Shown here piece after piece: positions 51,536 to 64,000 of a stretch of 64,000 bases of DNA. This DNA comes from Curvularia clavata. Its lineage: Eukaryota. Position numbers and translations under genes: made by a program. The notes beneath the pieces are model-generated. The model worked only from the letters and a program-made list of their open reading frames with translations, did not search any database and was not told the origin of the DNA. Position 1 is the first letter of the stretch. Each line of letters opens with the position of its first letter. Location of the stretch: assembly GCA_023920165.1 (NCBI GenBank), contig CP089276.1:3038001-3102000 (forward strand), read 5' to 3'.

Positions 51536-52816
51536 ATGCCGGCCGCGGCACCATCTCATGCGCCTCCACCACAGATACCAGGCTTCCTCATACCCAACCA
51601 AGAGGCGCAACCACTCAAGCAAGCTGTCGCGGATCTTCTCGAACGCGATAACCTGCGCTTCCCTGGCGCGCAACCCGTATCGTTCGCACGCGAGCATGTG
51701 AACGAGCTTCAGCGCAATGAATACTTTATGTGCGAGAAGACGGACGGCTTGCGCTGTCTTCTCTTCTTACATTGGCAGGAGGGGCCAACTGGAGCTTTTG
51801 AGCCCTTGACCTTTTTGATTGATCGCAAAAACAACTACTATGATGTGCAACCGCCCTTCCGAATACCCCATTATATGCACCTGAACGAACCCGAGCCGTT
51901 CTTATACGGCACCATCCTCGATGGCGAGCTGGTGCACGACCAGTACCCAAACGAAGCAGCGCCACGGTTGAATTTCTACGTTTTCGACTGCTTGGCAGTC
52001 AATGAGCAGAACGTTACAGGAAGGACACTGGACAAGCGGCTGGGGCGGTTGCATGACTGGGTCATCAAGCCATATGAAATGTACCTGACAAGGACGTTTG
52101 GAAAGAACATCAGGCCAGACGACCTCAAACCGTTTGCGTTAAAAGGCAAGAAAACATACGCAGCATACAAGCTTGAAGACATGTTCAGCAACATACTGCC
52201 CAATCTTAGACATGGTAACGACGGTCTCATCTTTACATGTGTATCCACACCCTATCAGTTTGGCACAGACCGACATATTCTCAAGTGGAAACCACCGCAT
52301 GAAAACACGATCGACTTCAAGCTTCGTCTCGGCGATTTCCCGCTCATCGACCCTGAAGACGGCGAAGAGGGCCTGATTCCCGACTACGATGCCATGCCCA
52401 ACCCCATCCAACTGCTTGTCCAGCACAACCAGAACAACTATCAAGTATTCGCTACGCTGTCCCTTACGCCAGCCGAGTGGGAGACACTGAAATCGCTCAA
52501 TCAGCGCCTGGACGGTCGCATCATAGAATGCTTCCGCACAGAGGGCGGGCAATGGAAATATAAGCAAGAAGCAGACGGTACGCCTCGCTGGCGTGACGAT
52601 AAGAAAGACGCCAATCACATCAGCACTGTTAATAGCGTGCTGGAGAGCATTGAAGCGCCTGTCACGGAAATGGACTTATTGGCCAACGCCGAAAATATTA
52701 AGCGTGAGACATATCGCATGCAGGGTAAGCTCGACCAATACCGTCCTTCGCAAGATGCTGGGGAGAGGGAGGCCAAAAAGCGCAAGTTCAGCGAATCTGG
52801 CATGAACGGGCACTGA
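51536..52816 (+). CDS. CEG1: mRNA capping enzyme alpha subunit (RNA guanylyltransferase)
   Basis: FPGAQPVSF, motif I CEKTDGLR, TILDGELV, FYVFDCL, NDGLIFT, LKWKPPHENTIDF, RDDK.DANH. Confidence 0.96.
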   Translation: MPAAAPSHAPPPQIPGFLIPNQEAQPLKQAVADLLERDNLRFPGAQPVSFAREHVNELQRNEYFMCEKTDGLRCLLFLHWQEGPTGAFEPLTFLIDRKNNYYDVQPPFRIPHYMHLNEPEPFLYGTILDGELVHDQYPNEAAPRLNFYVFDCLAVNEQNVTGRTLDKRLGRLHDWVIKPYEMYLTRTFGKNIRPDDLKPFALKGKKTYAAYKLEDMFSNILPNLRHGNDGLIFTCVSTPYQFGTDRHILKWKPPHENTIDFKLRLGDFPLIDPEDGEEGLIPDYDAMPNPIQLLVQHNQNNYQVFATLSLTPAEWETLKSLNQRLDGRIIECFRTEGGQWKYKQEADGTPRWRDDKKDANHISTVNSVLESIEAPVTEMDLLANAENIKRETYRMQGKLDQYRPSQDAGEREAKKRKFSESGMNGH

Positions 52817-53329
52817 GATTGGGGACTGTGCTGAGCACGGTGTACATTGGATAAATACCAAAAAGAAGAGCTGTCCACAGAGGATGGCATCAGCACTGTT
52901 TTATCTCTTTTTAATGGCGTTTGCTTATGGCGTTATGAGAGCGTGCGCGCTGGGCTGCGAAAATGATACCCAAGCTCTGCTAGACAGATGAAATAGGAGT
53001 GGCTCAAATCAAGATGTGCTTCTCTACATCATCCTTGAACTGTGTTATGAATGTGGATCTTCTCTAGCGACCACATTGGGAACCCGCAACTTTGGAGTAC
53101 GTAAAACACAAAACCTTGTATAACTATATCAGAAGCCTTTCTTTAGGTACAGAAAATGGTAAGGATACCGTTTGTAAATCTTCGAGGTATCTTGACTCCT
53201 ATAACGCCCTGTCGTATCCATGCATGCATCTGTTCTTCCTTTTGACCTTCTTGTCAGTCTCTTTGATTCCCGCCACCCTATCATGAACCAACATGAATCT
53301 CTCCTCTGCACTCATATACCCAACCCTCA

Positions 53330-53716
53330 TCAATGATTTCTAAAATTCTTTTTCTGGTAGAACAGATCCGTCCTACTACTACCCAAATTGATAATCTTGG
53401 GACATCCATCTCTGTCTTTCTCCAGGCGCGTGCATTCGAAGCAGTAAAAGGCGTCAGAGATGCCCTCGCCACCGCAGACAACGCACTTGTTTTGGTAGTT
53501 GCCGAAGGAGCATTCGTCGCAGATGCGGGCGAGCGTCGTCGGTCGCACGTACGAGTCGCAGACGGGGCACTTGCCGTCGCATTTGTCGCAAAGGCGGCCG
53601 ATGGAAATGCCAGATTGCTTGCGGCACATTACAAGATCGCTGCGTGGTTTGTTAGTATATCTGAAGAATGCGGGTGGCGCGGGAGAGAATGCGACTTACG
53701 GATGATGGCGAGACAT
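53330..53716 (-). CDS. RDS3: PHF5A/Rds3/Ini1 SF3b splicing factor, 2 exons
   Basis: [37 protein letters not shown]...[14 protein letters not shown]; intron 53640-53699. Confidence 0.97.
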
Positions 53717-54076
53717 GATGGGAGGTTTTTGGTAAAGTACTTAGAGATGCAAGTGAAGCTGTGGGAGATGGTCTAAAGCCTCGTGAAATCGCTGGGTTTT
53801 GTTTTCGGTATGAAGTAACGTGTGTCGCAGTAGATGTTGTTGTGGGAGGCACGAAAGAAAGTTGTAGAATGGAAAGTCGAGCTTCGGAGGTCCGCTGCTA
53901 GTGTAAGCCAAGCCTCACCGTACTAGATGAACACCCGCCCTGCGCGGCCGCTCGTGTCGCGTTGGACATGGCTCATCTTACATACTCGCAAACACCCACA
54001 ACGCGTGGCATCCCAACACCACTGCATAAAATATAGGGGACTCAACGAGGGACAGGCATAGCCAACTCCATGTAAT

Positions 54077-55133
54077 ATGGAGGCCCCCATTGCGTCCGCC
54101 GTAGTCATCCCGGACGAGCTCTCAGTGCCAGCCTCGCCGGTGAACAGCCAGAAACGACGCCAAGAGTCGATCTCCGAGGAAACCGCAAAGCGACCACGAC
54201 TCGAAGCTGATGCTGCGCCCGGCGATAGCGACAAACGTGATCCCGACTCCAAGGACTCCAAGCCTGTTCCAGCGCGCCGCGAAAGGGGACGAGAGCGTAG
54301 GCTGTTCGGCGCTGTCCTAGGAGCTCTCTCACAGAATACTGCTACCACAGCACAGAAACGCCGTTTCGAAATCGAGAAGAGACAGCTAGCCCAGCGCAAG
54401 CAAGAAGACTACGAGAGCGAACAGAGAAAGGCGGAGCGCACAGCAAGGCGCAAAGAGCAGCGATGGATCGAGCAGAGGCGCTTTGAGAGAGAATCGGTAA
54501 TACTCAGCACTGCACTACACTCTTGCTCAACCAAAACTTACTGGCTTCAGATGCGGATTCGTCATCAAAACCTGCTGAACATGGCCCACTTCCTCCAGAC
54601 CAAGACCGAGCCACGTCTTGTACGTTATCGCACCAGCTCCTTGTTCATACCGAAGAGGCTAATTCTCAATATAGTACTACAAGCCATGGGAAACCAGTCC
54701 CGAAGAAGACGACCGCATACAAACACAAATAGCCGAAGCCAAAGACATCATCAGACAGGAGGAGGCTGAATACGAGGCTCGCCAGCAGTCGGATAATCAG
54801 CGGAAGCGGCACACTTCCGAGGAAATGAACCGTGATGCAGAGGATACCCAGACTGGTAAGAACCATGATGCAAATCCACCTCATGAAGAAACCACCCTCA
54901 ATGGTCCAACTAATGGCAGTGCTACTCCACCAAAAGATATGGAATCAGAGCACCAACATCCTGATGATTCGGGGACCAACGAGCAGCCCAGGGAAGAGCG
55001 CGCCGCTGGGGACATGCAAGCTAGCAAGGCTGCAAGTCATGACGACGTCCCTGGTGAGCCTGCCAAAGATGACGATGATGAGAACGGAGAAGACGTTGTA
55101 GAGGAAGCCGCCGAAGACACTGTCATTTATTAA
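54077..55133 (+). CDS. Pinin/SDK/memA domain protein, 3 exons
   Basis: RERRLFGAVLGALSQ, charged coiled coil, AHFLQTKTEPRL|YYKPWE, acidic tail. Introns near 54497-54550 and 54620-54675. Confidence 0.85.
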
Positions 55134-56112
55134 ATGGCATTGAGACGAGCTGCTCTGTACTTGCTCATAATCCTGCGTTACCAGCTAACATGCCTTTACC
55201 TTCATGGACATGCCTTTGGAGAAACCACCTTTTATCTACCCTGGTCCCATATATCCCCCTTCGAATCAGTTTCTGTCTTGGATGGACTCTGGACGATTCG
55301 GATCCTACCCAATACATAGGGCGAACTTCAAGCCCAAAAGCAGTTGTACGGTACTGTCGCACAGGCAAAGAATGCAGCGAACGAAGCCCTTTTTGTCCCG
55401 ATCAGATTGAGTCACTACACCCGATCGCCTCTCCCTTGTTAGACGCAGGATACAATCAGCCGTTGTGCATGACAAACTAGCATGCTCTCCACTCTACTTA
55501 ATCTGCTGAGTCGAAGGGCTATATTGCATTCGTCAGTGCAAGTATGAATTCAGACCTGAAAACAAACGTCAGACAATCGGCCGTAAAGTGTAATTATGTC
55601 GCACCTACAATGTATCACGAAAAGCTGTAACACATGTGAAATTCGGAATTGTCGGAGGCATGGTCGGAGGGCCCCTGCCCTAATTGTATAGCTTATAGAG
55701 AGATGTCTACATAGTATAGCGATGGTGGTGGTGATATACACTGAGCGCTATTCAATACACGCCTTCACTACCCTTTTATTTGCTTTTTTTCACAATAACA
55801 CTACTCCTGCACCATTACGTAGAAAGTTCACTATGCCTCACCCAACGTCATTCGTCTGTCTGGGCACACAACTACCCCACTCCTCTCTGCCCTACACCTA
55901 GACCGTATTTTTATGCCTCGGCATACCCACTTTTTGCTTCGTACGAAAAGCGCGTGCCAACATCCACATCCACATCACGCGTGGCACATTGCAACGTTGG
56001 TCCGACCGACCTTTTATCTACCCATCTTCTCCCTTTTCTTATTTTTCAAATCCTCTTACTGTAAGCTGTGATTGCAAGTACAGGGTGTGAAATAAAGGTT
56101 GTTGTCAGCACG

Positions 56113-57848
56113 ATGAGCTACGCACCCATCGACCCCGAATCCGATGCTCGCATCGAGCACAAGACGACGACGCTGAATGGACAGACGTACCATTATTTGT
56201 ACGGTGTGCCCAAGTCCGGCAAGTGGACGCAGACGGTTTTTCTGGTATGATATGCTCCAAACATTACCCGATCTGGGCGTGCTATATAGGCTTCATTATG
56301 TGTATACTAACACATGGACACTAGATCCACGGCTGGCCTGATCTATCTGCCGGATGGAGATATCAGATTCCGCTTCTCATCGACTTGGGTTGCAGGGTTG
56401 TTGCCCCGGATATGATGGGATATGGAGGCACGGTAAGTGCGGGAATGACAGTCTTCTTCTTTTTGATCTTTTTCACTCTCCAGTGTCTCTTGTAGAAGAA
56501 ATGGATTTGGGCTGATCGGAATATGTGTACAGGCTGCGCCACAAGTGCCCCCGAACCCTATCAACCTGTATGGCATGAAGAGAGCGGCTGATGATATTGC
56601 TGCTTTGGCCAAGGAGCTCGAGGCACCGCAGATTGTGCTTGGTGGTCATGATTGGTAAGCTGGCAATGCGATGCTGATCAGTAATTGAAGTCAGGAAAAG
56701 ATCTGCTAACATTGGAGTTAGGGGAGGTTTCGTCGTCTGGCGTACTGCTCAATGGTAAAGATCAACGCACTCATCATGCTTGGATATAGACTTATCAAAC
56801 CCGTTTAGGTACCCCGACCTGATCACTCACGTCTTCTCAATCTGCACACCATATACTGCGCCGTCTGAGAAGTATATCTCAACTGAAGATCTCGTTAAGG
56901 GACCTATTCCCCAGTTCGCGTACCAGCTGCACCTTGCATCTGGCGAGGTGGAGAAGGTGATCAAGGATGAAGAGACAATCCGACAGTTCCTCAAGGGCAT
57001 GTACGGTGCCAGAGGGCCAAATGGCGAGATTGCGTTCCACCCTGGCAAGGGCGTGCTGGCCGAGAACTTGGGAAAGCTTGGAGAAGGCAAACTCCTAGAC
57101 GGAAAGGTACGTTGTTGATCTCTTATGCTGGGACGCGTGTCCGGCGGGGGGAAGCTTTGAGTTGAAAAAAGCCGGGGAAGCGGGTGAGAGGCGAAGTTGT
57201 TGCTCTTTTGAGTCACACATGACCGCCCATATGTGCTGAACGGTGCTCGACACGCTCGCCACGATAATTGCCTCTTTGGGCGTTCGCTGCAGGATTGACG
57301 GCACGACTTCCAGAAGATCGGCTTCTGCTTGATTACGGATAAGACCCGAACCGCGAGTCATCTCAAGGATTTGTCGTCATTGGGTTGTTTCAGAAAGAAA
57401 GGAGCGGGAACAATCTCGTACAAGCGACGGTGTACTGACAGCGAATCAGGTCCTGGACTACTACGTCAAGCAGTATTCCAACCACGGCATCCATCCTACA
57501 CGTATGTTCTACGCCTAGCCACTCACATGGCAAGTTTCTCAGCTAACGCCTGCACTCAATCTAGTCAACTGGTACCGCACACGCCGCATCAACTGGGAGG
57601 AAGAGCAAGAGCTGCTCGACAAGAAAATCATCACGCAGCCCGTCCTCTTCATCCAGGCGACTCAAGACACAGTCCTCACACCTGAGCTGTCAAAGGGAAT
57701 GGAGAACTATATCCCAAAGCTAACCAGAGGCGAAGTGGCGACCTCGCATTGGGCCATGATCCAGAAGCCAGACGAGGTCAATAAAATTATCCGCCAATGG
57801 TTTGCTGAGCAGGGCATAGTGGACAAGCAACCCAACAGTCAGTTGTAA
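56113..57848 (+). CDS. Soluble epoxide hydrolase-like alpha/beta hydrolase, multi-exon, C-terminal SQL
   Basis: [46 protein letters not shown]; about 7 introns. Confidence 0.9.
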
Positions 57849-60800
57849 AGATATGGAATAGGGGAAGGATTCGAGAAGGATTTCCGCCAGCGTATAAGAA
57901 ATTAAATGGAGGGTACAATGACCGTTGTTTCCGCTAGTTGCATAGTAACATGTACTGCGAAGCTAGTGGTAGTTTACGAAGCTATTGTGGGCTCTTTCTA
58001 CGTATCAATGTGGATCCAGCATGGCTCTTTTTTTTTCTGGACCCCGTTACGGTTCGCACGGGTAACAGGTGTGCAGTCGTGGTGGGGACTCCATGACATT
58101 TCGCCTAAACGGAATTGTGTGTGATTTCCGCGTTGCATGACTGGTGGTGCGGTGACCGAAGAGTGGGGAGAGGGGGATGGTCGTTCTTGTAGGTACGTAC
58201 TCCGTATGGATCGTGTAATTTCGAGGCACACAGGACTAGATGACAAAGACAGATTGCAACTCCATCCGATTGTTCAATGCTTTGTAATGTGCTTTTCTTG
58301 CTTTTTGCTGTTTTAGTTTCTTTAAGCCCTTTGCATGAAGCGACATCGGGAAGCCGTTACGCTAGTCTGAGGCCCGAGCATGTGAATTTCGTTTAATTCG
58401 ACACTCGGTAGTGTGCTGTTCCTATTTGCTGACTGCTGACTCTTTGCTGACTGCGAACGGCTGGTGGCTCGAACGGCATTTAGATATATCCGACTAAGTT
58501 TCTGTGCTAAGAATGCACTCCAAGCCGCCGATGCAGATTGGTATACGTCACTTATCTTTCTCTTGGCTTGGTATACTGATTGGAGTGCCTCGGATTTCAT
58601 CAGCGGCCAAATGCGAGATTCCAAGTCGGTGATTAAGACAACAACCACTTTGATAGTTGCATCAAAATGACTTTAGAAAATCGTCTACGGTTTTGGCTTC
58701 TCGCCTACAAGATGATGCACCGGCTCGGTGCTTTTCCCTTTCCAAAATGAGGCGTTCTGGGGCTTGCTGAGTTGGTCGTGTTCCCTTCCTCGGTATCTCC
58801 GGAGGTTCTAACCATGAACAGAACGGCAAAAGTACTTTAGGTAGGCAATACTTAGCCCGTTCGTTGACGTGGAACCCGGGTGTTCTCAAGTGCACACCCT
58901 CAATCCTTTACTCTTGTCCCGTCTTGATTCAAATGCTTGTCCGATAGCGTGTCCGTGTATTTTTCCAAGCGAGTGAACAGCATGTTTGGTCGAGGTGCAA
59001 GATAGCCTGGAGCAACTTTCCTGGTACACGATATCCCAGATGCAGGTCCCCGTCCGTGCGCAACCCAGAGCCCTGGAACCTTTTGCCGCAGAGCACAGCC
59101 AGTGGTGTCATTGCGTTGTACCCTGTGGCTATCTGATGGTTGTGAGTTGGACTCGGCACAATGAGGGTGTTGTCGACGAACAGGTACGGAGCCGTACGTC
59201 CGCAATATCCACTGCTTCTTTGGGATTGGATGCTCCTTAGCTATGATAGGGGATGCGGCCCTGTTACGTCAAGCTGGTAGACCGCCTACCTAGGCATCCG
59301 CACTTCTGGGATCAAGATTGACTCGTCGTTCCGGATATCTGGCGGCAAAAGACCAAGAACGTGCCGCTCACCGCCGCAATACGAAGATGCCGGTGCCTAA
59401 GGTATACTGGAGACAAGTTGCGACAAAGGGATGCAGGCTTCAAAAGTTTCAAAGTGCAAGTGTGTAGGCGCGCAATGATTCGACAGGCTCACCGCCTTCT
59501 GTTTTTGAAGGTCCATGCAGCCAGCCTGAAGGTTTGGCCGCTTGATGATGCATGATCTCAAGGTTCGTACGGGCCATCGACAGGGCCGGAAGAGCGTTGC
59601 GTAGTAGGTAAGTCGAGCTTAGTCGGTACGTACTCCTCATATGGGATCGCGTCTTATCGGCTGCACATTAGACAATTGCATTTCGTAGTGCGCTGGGCCG
59701 ACGCGAGACGCAGAGTAGCCACCAAAAATTAATTGTAGTATCTTGGTTACGCGTGTCGTTGGTACACCATCACAGCATGCACGTCAAGCCGCCTCAAAGG
59801 TTGTGCAACCGCTATGGTGTTCTGTCGTGCAACGATCAATGATGCGCAGCAAATGGCTTGCATACTTGAGCTTTTGCCGTACAGCAAGGACTCTGACACT
59901 GAACGGTCGGAGAGATATGTCCTCATTCCGTGCTGCCAATCGCTTACCATAGGCCTCTCATCTCGCTCGTGGGCCACCCCCTGCCTAGCGGGTGCTGCCA
60001 TGTGCCCACGACTTCCGTTGTTCGTCATGATTCCTGGTGGACAATGCTCAAACTCATTTTTCGGTCGTAATGGTAGATCAGACAAGGTATTGAATTGCGC
60101 TATCGGTGCCTTCTCGTCATGTTCATGCAGAAGCCCCCAGCACATGTCAAATCTCCATGATCGTTGGTGGCCGCTCCTCGGTCGCAGCTGCAACTGGTAG
60201 CTGGTAGCCATGTCGCTGACCAGTCATTCCTGCAGTTGGCCCTGCAGTCGCTCCGATAAGAAGCCCTATATCTTGCTGTTCCGACTATTCGGTTGCGTAT
60301 TCATGATCTGGTCACGTAGCTGGTCAATGGTAGGCACACCGTAACGCACGCCCTACCTAGAAGCCGACATCCAGCCAACGGGTTTTTGACCACACGCGCA
60401 CGCCATCGACCGAGCAGCACTCTGCCAAGATGGCGTGCTCCCAGACACTTAGCCTGTCTTGCTGAAATGTTCGCTCAAGGGGCGCGCGGTCAATCATGAG
60501 CTGTTTGCACGCCTACGTATGTACGCAATCTACCTCAGAAGGCTAGATTGTCCAGGGGCTTCTGAAAGTCTTCTGGAAGCTGGTCAAGTATTCTAGCCAG
60601 TCAACGTTCGAATTTTCCCGTCGGCAGATAGGCTTTGGGAGTCCAAGACAAGATGATGAGCTGGGGTTCCCGGAAGACGTGCGGTGGAGATATGGCTTGA
60701 TGGCGACGGGTGGCACCCCTGGTACACAGGACAGCCCGCATATCAGGCTGATGTTTCCTGCATATCATCCAGGGATCCATGCAGACACAGGGCCACAAGA

Positions 60801-61456
60801 AGTGAACGATCCACTGTGACAAGTCCCAACGGAATCTTGAGAGGCAGGCTCCGCAGCTGCACAGCATGCCTTATCGCTGTTTCACGACGCCAGCGTCGTC
60901 TCTGATAGACGGCCGTTACCAAAAAGGCCCGTCCGTGACAGACACCATGTTATGACTACTGCTCACATATCGCATCCTGTATATGCATGTTCCGGTCCTT
61001 CATAGCTGTTGATTCGGCAGATCGAAGCCCAAGGAGCCAAGGTTTGCCGCTAGCTCTCTGGGCGAATTGCAGATGCTCTCCGCGGCATCCCCACAAGACG
61101 ATCTAGCCTCAAGTACACTATCAGGGCAACGGTATGGAGAAGTAACTGGGCCGAGCCTGGGTGCCGTACCAAGTAGCTTTGGTCGCGAATCCCTATCCAT
61201 GCTCGTCCCGCCATATTGAACCGCCTAGCAAATGATGTGGAACCGTTAGGTCTTTTCTCATGCCATGCCATTATCTCCCCGATGCACGAATCTGAGGTAG
61301 GTCCAGCGTGCGCCCATCCAGCGTTGATCGAAATGGGACTTCTCAACAAGTATATCAGCCTCCACGCTCCCGTGGGGTAGGCTCCTGCTAGCTATCTCTT
61401 CTTCACCCTCTCCCGTGTCTTGCCACCATCTCCTGTTACTTTAAATCTCTCTCGTA

Positions 61457-62901
61457 ATGGCGCCCTCAGCTCTAGCAGATATCTATCCAATCCCAACAAG
61501 GCACTACGCAAAGGCATCAACCGTCGTAGCGTCTGTCTTGCATGGGCCAAGGGATTTACGGCTGGTATGCCTTCCGTTTTCGTTACCCACCCCACGCTTA
61601 CCCACTGCGTGGGGGTGCTATTCTTATAGATCGAGCATCCGAGATGTCAGACTGACAGGTTCAAATAGGAAACTCGGACAATTTCAGAGCCTGCCGCCAA
61701 TGAACTCCAGATCGCTATCAAAGCCACCGGGCTATGTGGGAGCGATTGCTCCTACTACAGCAAGTTCCGCAACGGCGATCTGCAGGCTTGTGAACCGCTA
61801 TCACTAGGCCACGAGTCTGCTGGGGTTGTCGTATCCATCGGCAGTAATGTCACTGGCTACCAGATTGGCGACCGCGTGGCACTCGAAGTTGGTGTGCCGT
61901 GTGACAACTGCAGGTCATGTCAGAGAGGCCGCTATAACCTGTGCCCCAAGATGAGGTTCCGGAGTAGCGCCAAATCTGTGCCTCACTTCCAGGGGACCCT
62001 TCAGGAACGCATCAATCATCCTGCCAAATGGTGCCACAAGTATGTTGTGCATGATCGACCCGAAATTCCAGCCTTAGCTGACAACTTTAATCAGACTCCC
62101 TTCCCACGTGTCCATGGAATCGGCGGCACTGTTAGAGCCTCTTTCTGTTGGCATTCATGCAACCAGAAGGGCCCAGATTGAGCAGGGTGATACCGTGATC
62201 GTCTTTGGTGCAGGTACCGTTGGACTTTTGACTGCCGCAATGGCCAAGGTGTCTGGTGCTACGACTGTCGTAATTGCAGATATCGACTGCGGGCGCATCA
62301 ATTATGCTCTCGCCAACGGATTCGCAAACAAGGGTTATATCGTGAACTCGCAGGCACAAAGAAGTGAAGGGACCGAGCAATTTGCGGCTGCGAAGGAGCT
62401 AGCCACCGACATCATGCAGATTGCTTCTTTGGGCGAGGTTGACTTTGAGGGTGCTGATGTAACCTTTGATTGTACCGGCAAGGAAGTGTGCATGCAAGCT
62501 GGACTTTATGTAAGCAAGTCTTCCAATTTCTATGGAATTCAACTGACAACTATTTAGGCAACAAGGCCCGGCGGGAAGCTCATCATGGTCGGCATGGGCA
62601 CTCCGATACAGACACTCCCAATGTCAGCATCGCACCTGAAAGAAGTGGACATTATCGGCATTTTCCGTTACGCCAACACTTACCCCATCGGCATCAAGAT
62701 CCTCTCTGCAGGTGTGCTTCCAAGTCTCGACAATATGATTACACATCGGTAAGCGCTACTTTCAGCATCTGTGGAGTTTAATTTCTCACATACACAACCA
62801 GGTACCATGGCCTAGCGTCCACAAAGGAAGCGTTTGAGCTCGCCGGGAAAACCATGGACAAGGACGGCAAGTTGGTCGTCAAAGTCCTAGTTGAGATGTA
62901 G
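61457..62901 (+). CDS. Sorbitol/xylitol/arabinitol-type polyol dehydrogenase (MDR), 5 exons
   Basis: TGLCGSD..YY, LGHESAG, GDRVALEVG.PCDNCRSC..GRYNLC, LLEPLSV..HA, GAGTVG, GIFRYANTYP, ITHR. Confidence 0.92.
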
Positions 62902-63428
62902 ACGCGATTAATCTGCATTCATGCGTCGCACTCATTGAGAAGGAATAGAGGGAAGGCGTTTAAAGAAATAATCAACAGCCTTGGTCGGGCGTTCATAGTG
63001 GGACTTTGGGGCGATCTTCAAGACTGAGATACCATTCGTTTTTTTGGAAAAGCCTTTAGAGTACAATGTTTTGGGGTTATTTACTGGACTGGATTGAATA
63101 GAGGGGACAGCCCCTAATATGTAACAACTAGATAGCATAATGAAGTGACGATCGATAAACAGAGGCTGAAGCAAACGTGAAGTTCGATGGTAGTCATTAC
63201 CAGAGAATCGCGTCGCGTAGTCTACAAGTAATTGCGCGCTAGAGCTTCGGTTTAGCGGCTTGGCATGACCCCACGAACTGTGGCAGCTGCAGCCTAGCAA
63301 GCTCTCCCCACCATTGATGTTATCGCCGCCATTGCCTTACCGTGCAACCTCCACTCTTCACTTTTTGACTGCCGCTTCAGACTCCCCCTTGTGTGCCCCG
63401 GACAATCCTTTCTGATTTCACAGCAACC

Positions 63429-64000
63429 ATGGCAGATTCATCAGCAAATCCGCTCGTTTCGACGACCCGCGCCTCTGACGCAAGTCCCACAGTGCAGCTT
63501 CACCCGCTAGTCCTCCTCACAATTACCGATTGTGTAACACGGCACACGCTACGACAAAAAACAGGGCCCGTAGTAGGGGCTATACTGGGGGCACAGGATG
63601 GACAAAATATTACTATGGAGGTTGCGTTCCAGGCAAAACTCAAGTCAAACGAGGATGGCGAGACAATACTCGATGACGAGTGGTTCAGCAAGCGTATAGA
63701 GGATTGTAAGTTTACACTGGTGTGTTGTATAGATTTACTCGGAATCTTATGGTCGTTATAGTCAAGGACGTACACAAGGAGCCCCAACTAGACATTGTTG
63801 GATGGTTCACCCTCGGTCCTGTCTCCGGCCCTGAACCACATCTTCTTCCTATTCATTCACGCATATCAGAAGTCTACACCGAGTCGCCGCTCCTCGTACT
63901 GTTCCATCCCGAAAATGCTTTCTCCGAGGAAACTGCTGCTGGAAAGCTGCCGCTTACAGTTTACGAGTCGGTCACTGTTAGCGTGTCGAGCGAGCCAAAC
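63429..64000 (+). CDS. CSN6: COP9 signalosome subunit 6 (MPN-minus domain), 5' part, runs off the window
   Basis: VQLHPLVLLTITD..TRHTLR, VGAILG.Q.G..IT.E.AF, intron 63706-63761, YKDVHK.P.LDIVGWF, LLVLFHP, GKLPLTVYES. Confidence 0.88.

Overview
Gene-dense eukaryotic DNA from a filamentous ascomycete, probably a Dothideomycete/Pleosporales (inferred from short GT-AG introns with CTRAC branch points and the gene repertoire). I can support about 26 protein-coding genes, most with introns. They include a MAPEG GST, class-3 lipase, CLC transporter, secreted GH43, Zn-ADH, catalase-peroxidase, a CBM48 tail-anchored protein, a Pth11-like membrane protein, Oma1 and a CE5 esterase. Next come a DUF3500 / FAD monooxygenase / MFS trio and a HET-NACHT-WD40 fungal NLR with a divergent orphan ORF. 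The rest are an amino-acid permease, Cbp3, an arrestin-like protein, mRNA capping enzyme, Rds3, pinin, epoxide hydrolase, a polyol dehydrogenase and the 5' part of CSN6. I recognised no tRNA, rRNA, CRISPR array or transposon. The best leads are the putative peroxisomal aromatic-catabolism cluster around DUF3500, the NLR island, the CBM48 protein with a repeated PLxxHE motif, and a CLC lacking the internal proton glutamate. Exon boundaries were read by eye and no database searches were run.
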